A stretch of 57,355 nucleotides of DNA from Methylotenera sp. (GTDB lineage Bacteria > Pseudomonadota > Gammaproteobacteria > Burkholderiales > Methylophilaceae): assembly GCA_036675645.1 (NCBI GenBank), contig JAKFEP010000186.1, positions 1 through 57,355 of the forward strand, given 5' to 3'. A model generated the notes under the pieces. It searched no databases. It had not been told where the DNA came from and worked only from the letters and a program-made list of their open reading frames with translations. Shown in pieces: positions 21,192 to 30,043 of the stretch; the first letter of the stretch is position 1; every line of letters begins with the position of its first letter. A program made the position numbers and the translations under genes.

Positions 21192-22544
21192 TTACTTGCT
21201 TGCAGTTACTCGCCAAATCGTATTGCCGACATCGTCAGCAACTAGCAATGCACCGCTTTTATCCAAGACCACACCTACTGGCCGGCCATAGGCCTCACCT
21301 TCTTTGCTGACAAATCCTGTTAGCACATCGATTGGTTTTCCGGTTGGCTTGCCATTAACAAAAGGCACAAAAATAACCTTATAGCCACTGCGCGGCTTGC
21401 GGTTCCATGACCCATGTTGGCCTACAAACATGCCATTGGCAAACTCAGCTGGCAAAGTAGTGCCAGCAGCAGAAGCAAGGCCAAGCGAAGCCGTGTGTGG
21501 ACCCAAAGCATAATCAGGCACAATCGCTTTTGCCACCATTTCAGGCTGCGGCGGCTTCACCCGCTCATCAACGTGCTGCCCATAATAACTATAAGGCCAG
21601 CCATAAAATCCACCATCCTGCACAGAAGTTAAATAATCTGGCACCAAATCGCTACCAATTTCATCGCGCTCATTCACTACCGTAAATAGAGTGCTGTTTT
21701 CCCAAACCATGCCATTTGGATTGCGCAGACCAGAGGCAAAAATACGATGCTTGCCCGTTTCAATATCCACTTCCCAAATCGCAGCCCGCCCAACTTCAAC
21801 ATCCATACCATGTTCTGCTACGTTACTGTTGGATCCAACTGTTACATATAGTTTTGTGCCCGCTTTATTTGCAATGAGATTTTTAGTCCAGTGGTGATTC
21901 ATTGGCTCGCCAGGCAAATCCACTATTTTTTCGCCAGGTTCAGAAATTTGCTTGGCATCTTCTACATAGTTGTAGCGCATCACAGCATCGGCGTTAGCCA
22001 CATAAAAATGATTGCCAACCAATGCCATACCAAATGGCGAATACAAACCCTCGATAAAAGGTAAACGGATGTCAGCCACTCCATCCCCATTCGTATCACG
22101 TAATAATGTGATCCGGTTAGCACTAGGCACAGCAGCACCAGCTTGTTTCATCACCTTGCCCATCATCCAGCCCCTAAAGCCACCGCCACTTTGCTTAGGT
22201 GGCGCATTGGTTTCCGCAACCAAAACATCTCCGTTGGGTAAAACGGTTAGCCAACGCGGGTGATCCAACCCCGTTGCAAATGCGGACACTGTGGTACCCC
22301 CCGCTGCAATTGGTGTTAAGTCGGCAGGCCAACCGATTGCAGGTGCAATATGGACTGTTGGGATGATCGTTTTATTCGGTGCTGGCAATGTAGGGTTAGA
22401 ACCAATGCCAGCCGCTACGGGCAAGCTGGCAACATCCCCACATGCGCTTAATATTAACAAGGTTGCAGCAAGGCCTATCCCATACAAAAAGCTGTATGGA
22501 TTAAATGATCCATCAACCTGGCTATTCAATTTTTTTTTGCTCAT
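21192..22544 (-). CDS. Sorbosone/PQQ-dependent sugar dehydrogenase family lipoprotein
   Basis: Lipobox LSAC; [40 protein letters not shown]. Confidence 0.85.
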   Translation of the reverse strand: MSKKKLNSQVDGSFNPYSFLYGIGLAATLLILSACGDVASLPVAAGIGSNPTLPAPNKTIIPTVHIAPAIGWPADLTPIAAGGTTVSAFATGLDHPRWLTVLPNGDVLVAETNAPPKQSGGGFRGWMMGKVMKQAGAAVPSANRITLLRDTNGDGVADIRLPFIEGLYSPFGMALVGNHFYVANADAVMRYNYVEDAKQISEPGEKIVDLPGEPMNHHWTKNLIANKAGTKLYVTVGSNSNVAEHGMDVEVGRAAIWEVDIETGKHRIFASGLRNPNGMVWENSTLFTVVNERDEIGSDLVPDYLTSVQDGGFYGWPYSYYGQHVDERVKPPQPEMVAKAIVPDYALGPHTASLGLASAAGTTLPAEFANGMFVGQHGSWNRKPRSGYKVIFVPFVNGKPTGKPIDVLTGFVSKEGEAYGRPVGVVLDKSGALLVADDVGNTIWRVTASK

Positions 22545-22554
22545 TTTTTAAAAA

Positions 22555-22713
22555 CTATAGCTTGCCCATTAAAACCAAAATGATCAGCACCACCACGACC
22601 AGCCCTAGGCCACCACTTGGCCCATAGCCCCAACTTTTACTGTGACCCCAAGTTGGCAATGCACCTATTAGCATTAAAATTAAAACAATTAATAATATTG
22701 TTCCAATACTCAT
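22555..22713 (-). CDS. DUF3309-like small membrane protein (52 aa), copy B; not in the ORF track
   Basis: MSIGTILLIVLILMLIGALPTWGHSKSWGYGPSGGLGLVVVVLIILVLMGKL; SD GGGAGAG. Confidence 0.88.
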   Translation of the reverse strand: MSIGTILLIVLILMLIGALPTWGHSKSWGYGPSGGLGLVVVVLIILVLMGKL

Positions 22714-22748
22714 GACGCTCTCCCAAATGAAATGATTTATGCATTAAT

Positions 22749-23006
22749 TTATGGTGTTGTTGGCGTAGTTTCTGGCGGTGGAATAATAATGGTAGTATCC
22801 CCAGACTCACCAGGTTCGCCCTGAACACCCTCATCACCAGGCTTTCCAGGTTCGCCTTTTTCCCCAGCAGGGCCAGGTACGGGCACTGGCACTGGTACAA
22901 CGACTGTTTCATCTCGTTCTTCTGGTACATTGACCACCGTTGGTTTATCGCATGCACCGAGAGCTAATACTGCAATTACCGCAAAAGTTAATGTTAAATT
23001 TTTCAT
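22749..23006 (-). CDS. Small lipoprotein with a short collagen-like (Gly-X-Y)9 segment
   Basis: Lipobox LGAC-DKP; PVPVPVP followed by GPA GEK GEP GKP GDE GVQ GEP GES GDT; SD AAGGA. Confidence 0.8.
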   Translation of the reverse strand: MKNLTLTFAVIAVLALGACDKPTVVNVPEERDETVVVPVPVPVPGPAGEKGEPGKPGDEGVQGEPGESGDTTIIIPPPETTPTTP

Positions 23007-23029
23007 ATTAAGTCCTTTATATTCTGATA

Positions 23030-23087
23030 TAAAAATCTGTATGGATTAAACAATCTGGTAATCCTTACTATTCAATTTTTTGCACAT
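23030..23087 (-). pseudogene. Relic copy of the first ~60 nt of the sorbosone dehydrogenase gene
   Basis: ATGTGCAAAAAATTGAATAGTAAGG...TTTAATCCATACAGATTTTT resembles ATGAGCAAAAAAAAATTGAATAGCCAGG...TTTAATCCATACAGCTTTTT at 22544; same 543-bp offset as the DUF3309 pair. Confidence 0.7.
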
Positions 23088-23097
23088 TTTTTAAAAA

Positions 23098-23256
23098 CTA
23101 TAGTTTACCCATCAGCACCAAGATGATCAGCACAACCACGACCAGCCCGAGACCGCCACTTGGCCCATAGCCCCAACTTTTACTGTGACCCCAAGTCGGT
23201 AATGCACCTATCAGCATTAAAACTAAAACAATCAATATTATTGTTCCTACACTCAT
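23098..23256 (-). CDS. DUF3309-like small membrane protein (52 aa), copy A; not in the ORF track
   Basis: MSVGTIILIVLVLMLIGALPTWGHSKSWGYGPSGGLGLVVVVLIILVLMGKL; SD GGGGAG. Confidence 0.88.
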   Translation of the reverse strand: MSVGTIILIVLVLMLIGALPTWGHSKSWGYGPSGGLGLVVVVLIILVLMGKL

Positions 23257-23285
23257 GATTTTCTCCCCGATAAAGTTAAATAGAT

Positions 23286-23582
23286 TTAAGGTTTTTCTGG
23301 CACAATTTCAGGCGGCATATCAACAACCGGTGGCGGGATAACAATACTGCCGTCACCATCCGGATTGCTAGGTTCAGTCTGGATATCTTGATCTAAAGAC
23401 TTTTCCGTTTCGCTTTTAGTCCTAGAGTCAATGCCTTCATCACCCGACTGTCCTCCACGTATTGACGACTCCGGCACAGGTACAGTCACAGGCTCATCTG
23501 GCAATTCGGCCGGCATTGGTTTATCGCATGCAACTAGACCTGACAATACGACAACTGCAAAAGCTACCTTTCGATAATTCAT
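23286..23582 (-). CDS. Small acidic Pro-rich lipoprotein, paralog of 22749-23006
   Basis: Start MNYRKV at 23582 after SD AAGGA; lipobox LVAC-DKP; shares VPVP, GDEG and IxIPPP with the paralog. Confidence 0.75.
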   Translation of the reverse strand: MNYRKVAFAVVVLSGLVACDKPMPAELPDEPVTVPVPESSIRGGQSGDEGIDSRTKSETEKSLDQDIQTEPSNPDGDGSIVIPPPVVDMPPEIVPEKP

Positions 23583-23643
23583 GTTAAGTCCTTTTACATT
23601 GCTCAGAACGTAATCCATCTTAAGTGATTAACTCACTTTACTT

Positions 23644-23659
23644 TGTTCGTTATCGTACA
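23644..23659 (-). promoter_or_regulatory. Palindromic Crp-family box upstream of the lipoprotein/DUF3309/dehydrogenase unit
   Basis: Minus strand TGTACG-ATAA-CGAACA, 21 nt, then TAAGAT. Confidence 0.8.
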
Positions 23660-23720
23660 TAAGCGTAAATTTTATAAAATGAATTGTCTTAAGGATTTTC
23701 GTTGCTGAACTTTTCCTATA

Positions 23721-23736
23721 AGTTGCATAACGCACA
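23721..23736 (+). promoter_or_regulatory. Degenerate Crp-family box upstream of Crp paralog 2
   Basis: AGTTGC-ATAA-CGCACA, 21 nt, then TACAAT (23758). Confidence 0.65.
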
Positions 23737-23797
23737 TACAGCGCATAACATAGCCGATACAATATAAAGATGCCCTTTTATACTGAGAAAGCAACAC

Positions 23798-24523
23798 ATG
23801 AGCGCCTTGCCTGACCCACGACAAAACCATTTACTTGATGCGTTGTTGGCAACTGATTATAACCGCTTATTTCCGAACCTTGAGTTTGTTAAATTGCCTC
23901 TGGGCCAAGTACTGTATGAGTCTGGCCAACAATTAAAATATGTCTATTTCCCCACCAACAGTATTATTTCGCTGCTATATGTGATGGAAAATGGTGCATC
24001 GGCAGAGATTGCGATTGTAGGCAATGAGGGCATATTAGGAATCTCCCTTTTTATGGGGGGAGAAACAACACCAAGCCGCGCCGTTGTACAAAGTGCTGGG
24101 GAGGGCTTCCGTTTAAAAGGGGACATATTAAAATCTGAATTTAACCGTGCCGGCCCAGTACAAAGATTATTATTGCGTTACACCCAAGCATTGATTACGC
24201 AAATGGCACAAACAGCCGTGTGCAACCGGCATCATTCGGTAGAGCAACAATTATGTCGCTGGCTATTGCTCAGTTTAGATCGCCTTGCGAGTAACGAAAT
24301 CACGATGACGCAAGAACTCATTGCCAATATGCTGGGGGTGCGCCGTGAAGGCGTTACCGAAGCGGCACGCAAATTACAAGCGGCTGGTTTAATTGAATAC
24401 AGCCGTGGTCACATTAAAGTCACCGATCGACCCATGCTAGAAAAAAGATCCTGCGAATGCTACGACGTTGTTAAAGTCGAGTTCGAGCGCTTACTCCCAT
24501 CACTCCACGGCATTGCCAAGTAA
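23798..24523 (+). CDS. Crp/Fnr family transcriptional regulator (paralog 2)
   Basis: QNHLLDAL, VYFPTNSIISLLY, VGNEG, AVCNRHHSVEQQLCRWLL, HTH LGVRREGVT, SCECY. Confidence 0.92.
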   Translation: MSALPDPRQNHLLDALLATDYNRLFPNLEFVKLPLGQVLYESGQQLKYVYFPTNSIISLLYVMENGASAEIAIVGNEGILGISLFMGGETTPSRAVVQSAGEGFRLKGDILKSEFNRAGPVQRLLLRYTQALITQMAQTAVCNRHHSVEQQLCRWLLLSLDRLASNEITMTQELIANMLGVRREGVTEAARKLQAAGLIEYSRGHIKVTDRPMLEKRSCECYDVVKVEFERLLPSLHGIAK

Positions 24524-24584
24524 TCAGCAACACAATCTGCACTAAAATTCTAAACTTTTTACCGCACGTCTTAAATTTCGTATA

Positions 24585-24600
24585 TGTGCGTTGGTGCACA
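24585..24600 (+). promoter_or_regulatory. Palindromic Crp-family box upstream of the PAS-GGDEF-EAL gene
   Basis: TGTGCG-TTGG-TGCACA, 20 nt, then CATAAT (24621). Confidence 0.75.
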
Positions 24601-24671
24601 GACATGCTTATGTGACCGCGCATAATTAATACACTATTTAATTAACACATACAGTAGAAAGTTTATATCTA

Positions 24672-26516
24672 ATGGCTAACCAAGCTAAAACGAATATGAG
24701 CAAATTCGCTGTGACTAAAGCGGATGTGCGTGTGCAACCCACCGAAAAAACAAAAAAAACCGATACAACATCAGCAGGCCAATCTGTCATTATTGATGCA
24801 GCCAGGTATAGAGAGAAAACGCGGGCAGAAATTGCGCTTAACTCCATTAGTGATGCCGTTTTCTGTACTGACACTAAAGGCAATATCGATTACTTAAATA
24901 TTGCTGCGGAAAAAATTACCGGCTGGTCGCGCGAAGAAGCCAACGGCAAACCCAGCAACCAGATATTTAAAATTATTAACGGATTAACACGCGAGGCAAG
25001 CTGCGATCCTGTGAGCATGGTGTTGAAAACCAATAAACCCAGTGGCATTGCACCAGATACGATATTAATAAAGCGCGATGGTAGCGAAGTAGCTATTGAA
25101 GATTCCGCTTCACCCATTTACAGCAGCAATGGTCAGCTGACCGGGGTGGTGGTGGTATTTCACGACGTAACTGGGACCAAAGCTATGTCCACCAAGATGG
25201 CACACTTGGCACAACATGATTTTTTAACTAACCTGCCTAACCGCGTATTGCTCAATGACCGTATATCGCAAGCCGTCGCTTCTGCTAAACGGCATCATAC
25301 GCAATTAAGTGTGCTTTTTTTGGATCTGGATAATTTTAAGCATATCAACGACTCCTTAGGGCATGCGGTAGGAGATAAATTATTACAATCAATCAGTCAA
25401 CGTCTGCTCAACTGTGTACGTAGCTCGGACACAGTTAGCCGCCAAGGCGGGGATGAATTTATTGTCTTGCTGGCAGATAATAAAAATGGGGCAAACGCTG
25501 CATTAACGGCTGAAAAAATCCTCGAAGAATTTAAGCCGGCACATAAGCTAGGAGGGGTCGTTCCAATACATATTAGTACCAGCATTGGTATTAGTGTATT
25601 CCCTAACGACGGTATGGATGCAGAAACACTGATTAAAAACGCTGATATCGCCATGTATTTTGCCAAACAAAAAGGGCGTGATAATTACCAGTTCTTTAAA
25701 AGCGCGATGAACACACAGTCGACTCAGCGTGTGAATATTGAGGCGGGATTGCGTTCCGCGCTAGCAAAACAGCAATTTACGTTGCGTTATCAACCCAAAG
25801 TGAATCTGGTAACAAACCAAATAACTGAGGTAGAGGTCTTTCTACGATGGCAACATGTCGAATGGGGTGAAGTGCTGCCTTTGGATTTTCTTTCGATTGC
25901 AGCAGATTGTGGCTTGATTGTTCCGATTGGTCGCTGGGTGCTACGAGAAGCTTGCTATCAAGCTAAACAGTGGATGAATAGCGGAATACCGCCCATTACA
26001 ATTGCAGTGAATGTTTCTGAAAAAGAGTTTCTGCATAAAGACTTTGTAGAAAGTGTACGTGCGATATTAATTGAAACGCAACTGCCGGCACACTACCTGG
26101 AATTAGAAATCACTGAAAGTGCGTTGATGCGTGATGCAAACAACAGCATGACAATATTGCACGACCTGAAGAAAATGGGGCTAAAACTCTCCGTGGACGA
26201 TTTTGGTACCGGTTACTCGAGCCTCAGTTACCTGCAGCTATTTCCTATTGATGCATTAAAAATTGATCAATCATTTGTACATCAAATAATGTCAGCTGTG
26301 GATGATGACATTATTCTTTCTGCCATCATTAGCATTGGGCATAAACTGAAGCTAAAAGTGATTGCGAAGGGAGTAGAGAATAAAATGCAGCTGGACTTTT
26401 TGAAGAGCCAACAATGCCACGGAGGTCAAGGTAACTTTTTTAGCCCTGCCTTAACCGGAGAGCAATGTGCAAGCATGCTTGCAGATACTGAATTATTTTT
26501 AGAAGTAGCTAATTAA
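24672..26516 (+). CDS. PAS-GGDEF-EAL protein (EAL domain looks degenerate)
   Basis: PAS domain, HDFLTNLPNR, intact GGDEF; EAL motif reads EVF and EGVE reads KGVE. Confidence 0.9.
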   Translation: MANQAKTNMSKFAVTKADVRVQPTEKTKKTDTTSAGQSVIIDAARYREKTRAEIALNSISDAVFCTDTKGNIDYLNIAAEKITGWSREEANGKPSNQIFKIINGLTREASCDPVSMVLKTNKPSGIAPDTILIKRDGSEVAIEDSASPIYSSNGQLTGVVVVFHDVTGTKAMSTKMAHLAQHDFLTNLPNRVLLNDRISQAVASAKRHHTQLSVLFLDLDNFKHINDSLGHAVGDKLLQSISQRLLNCVRSSDTVSRQGGDEFIVLLADNKNGANAALTAEKILEEFKPAHKLGGVVPIHISTSIGISVFPNDGMDAETLIKNADIAMYFAKQKGRDNYQFFKSAMNTQSTQRVNIEAGLRSALAKQQFTLRYQPKVNLVTNQITEVEVFLRWQHVEWGEVLPLDFLSIAADCGLIVPIGRWVLREACYQAKQWMNSGIPPITIAVNVSEKEFLHKDFVESVRAILIETQLPAHYLELEITESALMRDANNSMTILHDLKKMGLKLSVDDFGTGYSSLSYLQLFPIDALKIDQSFVHQIMSAVDDDIILSAIISIGHKLKLKVIAKGVENKMQLDFLKSQQCHGGQGNFFSPALTGEQCASMLADTELFLEVAN

Positions 26517-26546
26517 ATTAAGTTGAATTTAATTATGTCTGGCTTA

Positions 26547-26562
26547 TGTCTCCTAGCGCACA
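26547..26562 (+). promoter_or_regulatory. Crp-family box driving the putative sRNA
   Basis: TGTCTC-CTAG-CGCACA, 21 nt, then CATATT (26584). Confidence 0.65.
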
Positions 26563-26596
26563 GATTAACTCAATTTAAAAGAGCATATTGCCCTTC

Positions 26597-26680
26597 GAAG
26601 ACCTGCAATTTACTTTACGCTAACATCTTTCCCACGTTCTCCATTAGCGTGGTTGGCTCTCAGAAATGAGAGCTTTTTTT
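26597..26680 (+). ncRNA. Putative ~84-nt sRNA: hairpin with CU-rich loop plus intrinsic terminator
   Basis: Own box and -10; stem ACGCTAA (26617-23)/TTAGCGT (26644-50) around loop CATCTTTCCCACGTTCTCCA; terminator follows; no ORF. Confidence 0.55.
26655..26680 (+). terminator. Rho-independent terminator
   Basis: GCTCTCA-GAAA-TGAGAGC followed by T7. Confidence 0.85.
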
Positions 26681-26700
26681 ATAGGCTTAGACTAAAGTTC

Positions 26701-27186
26701 TTAATATTTAAGATAGGATTTATTCACGATTAAACGGATTTCATTTGCACGCTGAAAAGGGGCCGTCACAATCATGAGGATTGCACCACTCTCTATTTTG
26801 CTTTTATATTTTTTAAATTCAGCCCCAAAAAAATTAACACCAAACAAAGCCGCAAAAGCAAATGCACCTATCAGGCTGGCAATTGCAACAACGGTTATCC
26901 AGTGTATCCCCATAGAACTGGCTATTCCTGGGTCAATGTAATGTATACATATGCCCGTTAACAAACCAATCACAGCACCTATCCAAATCCCTTTTCCGTC
27001 ATTCTCCTCATCGTGAACTACCTTAGGGCTTTCAATGATACTTACACCTTGCAACTGGCCAAAATCGGTGCCGGGCTTCGCTATAAAACTTATATCTTCA
27101 TTATCTATCCTGGCAAGCATTAACGAACCAGCTACTTGATTCGCTGTTGCAACATCGGGGAGTAAAAATTTTAACTTAGGCGTCAT
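26701..27186 (-). CDS. Membrane protein with glycine-zipper-like TM hairpin, function unknown
   Basis: 161 aa, GIWIGAVIGLLTG and ASLIGAFAFAALFG hydrophobic helices; preceded by a box. Confidence 0.7.
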   Translation of the reverse strand: MTPKLKFLLPDVATANQVAGSLMLARIDNEDISFIAKPGTDFGQLQGVSIIESPKVVHDEENDGKGIWIGAVIGLLTGICIHYIDPGIASSMGIHWITVVAIASLIGAFAFAALFGVNFFGAEFKKYKSKIESGAILMIVTAPFQRANEIRLIVNKSYLKY

Positions 27187-27255
27187 GTTGGTTCTCTTTA
27201 AAATGTTTTAATAAAAAATCTTAAACAAAAAATATACCCATGAAACTCATAGGTC

Positions 27256-27271
27256 TGTTCGGTGACGCACA
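27256..27271 (-). promoter_or_regulatory. Palindromic Crp-family box upstream of 26701-27186
   Basis: Plus strand TGTTCG-GTGA-CGCACA; on minus strand TATATT at 19 nt or TATTTT at 21 nt. Confidence 0.75.
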
Positions 27272-27298
27272 TTGCTGGTGTTATTGCTTTATATTTTC

Positions 27299-27314
27299 AG
27301 TCTGTTAGCGCACA
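27299..27314. promoter_or_regulatory. Degenerate Crp-family box without a matching -10
   Basis: AGTCTG-TTAG-CGCACA. Confidence 0.4.
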
Positions 27315-27353
27315 TAAGCCTGTTCCCAGCTGGAACTGAAGTACTATCAGTTG

Positions 27354-27369
27354 TGTTATCTAGCGAACA
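27354..27369 (+). promoter_or_regulatory. Degenerate Crp-family box upstream of Crp paralog 3
   Basis: TGTTAT-CTAG-CGAACA, 21 nt, then weak -10 CACTCT. Confidence 0.55.
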
Positions 27370-27510
27370 GACACCACATCACAAATAAGCCACTCTTAAT
27401 TTTACATATTGAGACTTTGTAGCCTCCGACAAATGAATCGTCATCAACTTTTCTTTTTGCCGCCTGTTACTTTTTTAAATTTAACAGCGCACCAATAAAG
27501 GAAATTTTAC

Positions 27511-28263
27511 ATGCCCATCATTCAAGCCGCTTTTGGCAGCAACCGATTATTAAACTTACTCACAGATAGTCAGCGTAAAAATTTTGTGGGTAGTTGTGAA
27601 TTAATCAACCTTCATTTAGGTGATGTACTAGCGGTGCCCGGAGACACGGTTGCTTATGTATATTTCCCTGTTGAAGGCATCATTTCATGGGAAAAGCAAA
27701 TTATCGGCAGCCCCTTTTTAGTGGTCACGCTTATCGGTAATGAGGGCATGCTTTGCATCAACTCGCTGTTGGGCGTCGATGTATCACCTTGCCGCGCCAT
27801 CGTACAGAAATCCGGGTTTGCCTTGCGCATTCCAGCAAGCACCTTCATGCATCAACTCAAACAAATAGCAGACTTTGATGTCATATTAAAACGTTACGCT
27901 TATGTGAGTTATAATCAAGTGTTACAACTAGCCGCCTGTAATCTTTTTCACTTGCTAGAAAATCGGCTAGCCAGGTTACTACTGATGTTTCAAGACCGAG
28001 CGCAATCTGATGAATTGCACGTCACACAAGAGCAGTTAGCTGAAATGCTAGGCGTACGCAGGGTAGGTGTGACTAAAGCAGCAGGGTCATTGCAACGTCA
28101 AAATTTAATTAGCTACAGTCGTGGCAATGTGATTATTCATGATCTGAATGGTTTAAAAGCCTCCTCTTGTATTTGTTATCTGGCCGACAAAAAAAATTAT
28201 GAACATATCATGCATGCCCAAACTAGCCATAACACAAATACCCCTGTGCAATTGCCAATTTAA
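27511..28263 (+). CDS. Crp/Fnr family transcriptional regulator (paralog 3)
   Basis: NRLL, VYFPVEGIIS, IGNEG, AACNLFH..RLARLL, HTH LGVRRVGVT, SCICY. Confidence 0.88.
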   Translation: MPIIQAAFGSNRLLNLLTDSQRKNFVGSCELINLHLGDVLAVPGDTVAYVYFPVEGIISWEKQIIGSPFLVVTLIGNEGMLCINSLLGVDVSPCRAIVQKSGFALRIPASTFMHQLKQIADFDVILKRYAYVSYNQVLQLAACNLFHLLENRLARLLLMFQDRAQSDELHVTQEQLAEMLGVRRVGVTKAAGSLQRQNLISYSRGNVIIHDLNGLKASSCICYLADKKNYEHIMHAQTSHNTNTPVQLPI

Positions 28264-28400
28264 CTGAATCAACACTCATTTTGCAGCACTTATATTACCA
28301 ATGAGTTATTACCAATAAGTGACACCACCAAAAATCGTGTCTTACTTGTAACAAATGGCAATGTACTCGCCGAATCCTCGATAGCTTTTAACCATGACTC

Positions 28401-28416
28401 TGTACGCTGGCGTACT
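28401..28416 (+). promoter_or_regulatory. Palindromic Crp-family box upstream of the second cardiolipin synthase
   Basis: TGTACG-CTGG-CGTACT, 21 nt, then TACCAT. Confidence 0.8.
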
Positions 28417-28488
28417 TATGTAATGTTATTTTGAGCGTACCATACGCTAAAAATTAGATAGAAACGTTATTTACATAAGGTTAAATGC

Positions 28489-30003
28489 ATGCACATTGCC
28501 AATATAAAATTGATAGCTAGACACAGCATTGGCATGCCATTTATCCGATTTATTTTAGGCTTAAGTTTACTGGCTCTGTCGGCTTGCTCGTCAATGCCAA
28601 TCATGGTGCCCGACATGGCCATGCGCTCATCCAAGCCACCCACGCTTGAAAACGCTCGCGGCCCGTTAACTGCTCAACAAAGTAAAGAAATCCTATCGCG
28701 GATTAAAAAAGATGGTGTAGAGACTAGCATCTTTGATAAACACTTAGCGTTAATCAGTGAAGTTGTAGGTAGCCCGCTGGTGGTTGGGAATAAGGTCGAC
28801 TTGTTGATAGATGGGACAAGCACCTACGCGGCCATGTTGAACGCCATCGATCAGGCAAAGGACCACATCAATCTGGAAACCTATATTATTGAAGACGACG
28901 AAGTGGGTCATATGTTTGCTGAGCGGCTGATGGCGAAGCAACGTAGTGGTGTACAAGTTAATCTGATTTATGACAGTGTGGGCTGTATTTCCACGCCTAA
29001 AGAGTTCTTTACGAAACTAAAAGAGAGCGGTATTAACGTTCTGGAATTTAATCCAATCAACCCCACCAATGTCAGAGAAGGCTGGAACCTGAATGAACGT
29101 GATCACCGTAAATTATTAATTGTCGACGGTAAAACCGCTTTCTTAGGTGGCATTAATATCAGCAGCGTTTATTCTCGCGGCTCATCTGGATCATCTGGCG
29201 GATCAAAAAGTAAGCCGTCCAAAAAAGTGGAAGAACCTGAAATAGAGGAAAAACCTAATACAGCTATATCCAATCCAAATTCAACCGAGCCAAAAAAATC
29301 GCCAGGTGACAGTGTTCCCTGGCGTGACACGCACTTAAAAGTTGCTGGCCCAGTAGTGGGCGAGTTTCAGAAATTATTTATTGCCGCTTGGGAACAACAA
29401 AAGGGAGATGTCTTAGCCAAAAAGAATTACTTTCCAGAGCTTAAAAACCAAGGCAATGAAGTGGTAAGCGCGATTGGCAGTTCACCAGACGAACCCTACA
29501 GCCAAATCTATGCCACGCTGATTTCGGCGATTAATAGCGCAGAAACACAAGTGTATTTGACCAATGCCTATTTTGTACCAGATCCGCAATTACTAACCAC
29601 TTTAAAAGATGCAGTGGCACGTGGCGTGGTAGTTAAATTGTTGCTACCTGAAAAAACGGATTCTGAGTTAGTGTACTTCGCCTCCCGCTCATATTATGAC
29701 GAACTGTTAAGCGCAGGCGTGCAGATCTATGAACATAAAGTGGCTATTCTGCATGCCAAAACCGCATTAATTGACGGTGTTTGGTCAACGATAGGCTCTA
29801 CCAATTTAGACTGGCGCAGCTTTATTAACAACCATGAAATCAACGCCGTCATACTAGGGCAAGATTTTGGTGACCAGATGCATCGTATGTTTAATGAAGA
29901 CTTGGCTGTATCCCAGCAGATCACTTTAGAAGCCTGGCGTAAACGATCCCTCCTATCGCGTATTAAAGAGCGCGCTGCCCGTTTGTGGGCGCGGCAACTC
30001 TAA
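28489..30003 (+). CDS. Cardiolipin synthase / PLD family protein with lipoprotein-type signal
   Basis: HRKLLIVD and HAKTALID HKD motifs; LSACSS lipobox; start may be the later ATG (MPFIRF). Confidence 0.85.
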   Translation: MHIANIKLIARHSIGMPFIRFILGLSLLALSACSSMPIMVPDMAMRSSKPPTLENARGPLTAQQSKEILSRIKKDGVETSIFDKHLALISEVVGSPLVVGNKVDLLIDGTSTYAAMLNAIDQAKDHINLETYIIEDDEVGHMFAERLMAKQRSGVQVNLIYDSVGCISTPKEFFTKLKESGINVLEFNPINPTNVREGWNLNERDHRKLLIVDGKTAFLGGINISSVYSRGSSGSSGGSKSKPSKKVEEPEIEEKPNTAISNPNSTEPKKSPGDSVPWRDTHLKVAGPVVGEFQKLFIAAWEQQKGDVLAKKNYFPELKNQGNEVVSAIGSSPDEPYSQIYATLISAINSAETQVYLTNAYFVPDPQLLTTLKDAVARGVVVKLLLPEKTDSELVYFASRSYYDELLSAGVQIYEHKVAILHAKTALIDGVWSTIGSTNLDWRSFINNHEINAVILGQDFGDQMHRMFNEDLAVSQQITLEAWRKRSLLSRIKERAARLWARQL

Positions 30004-30043
30004 ACTTTCACCTGGATTCACAACTTACTCGCTTGGAAATACT

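Noticed and set aside
22637-22957. 106-aa minus-strand ORF
   Set aside because: Alternative frame overlapping the lipoprotein and DUF3309 genes, which have SDs and recognisable motifs
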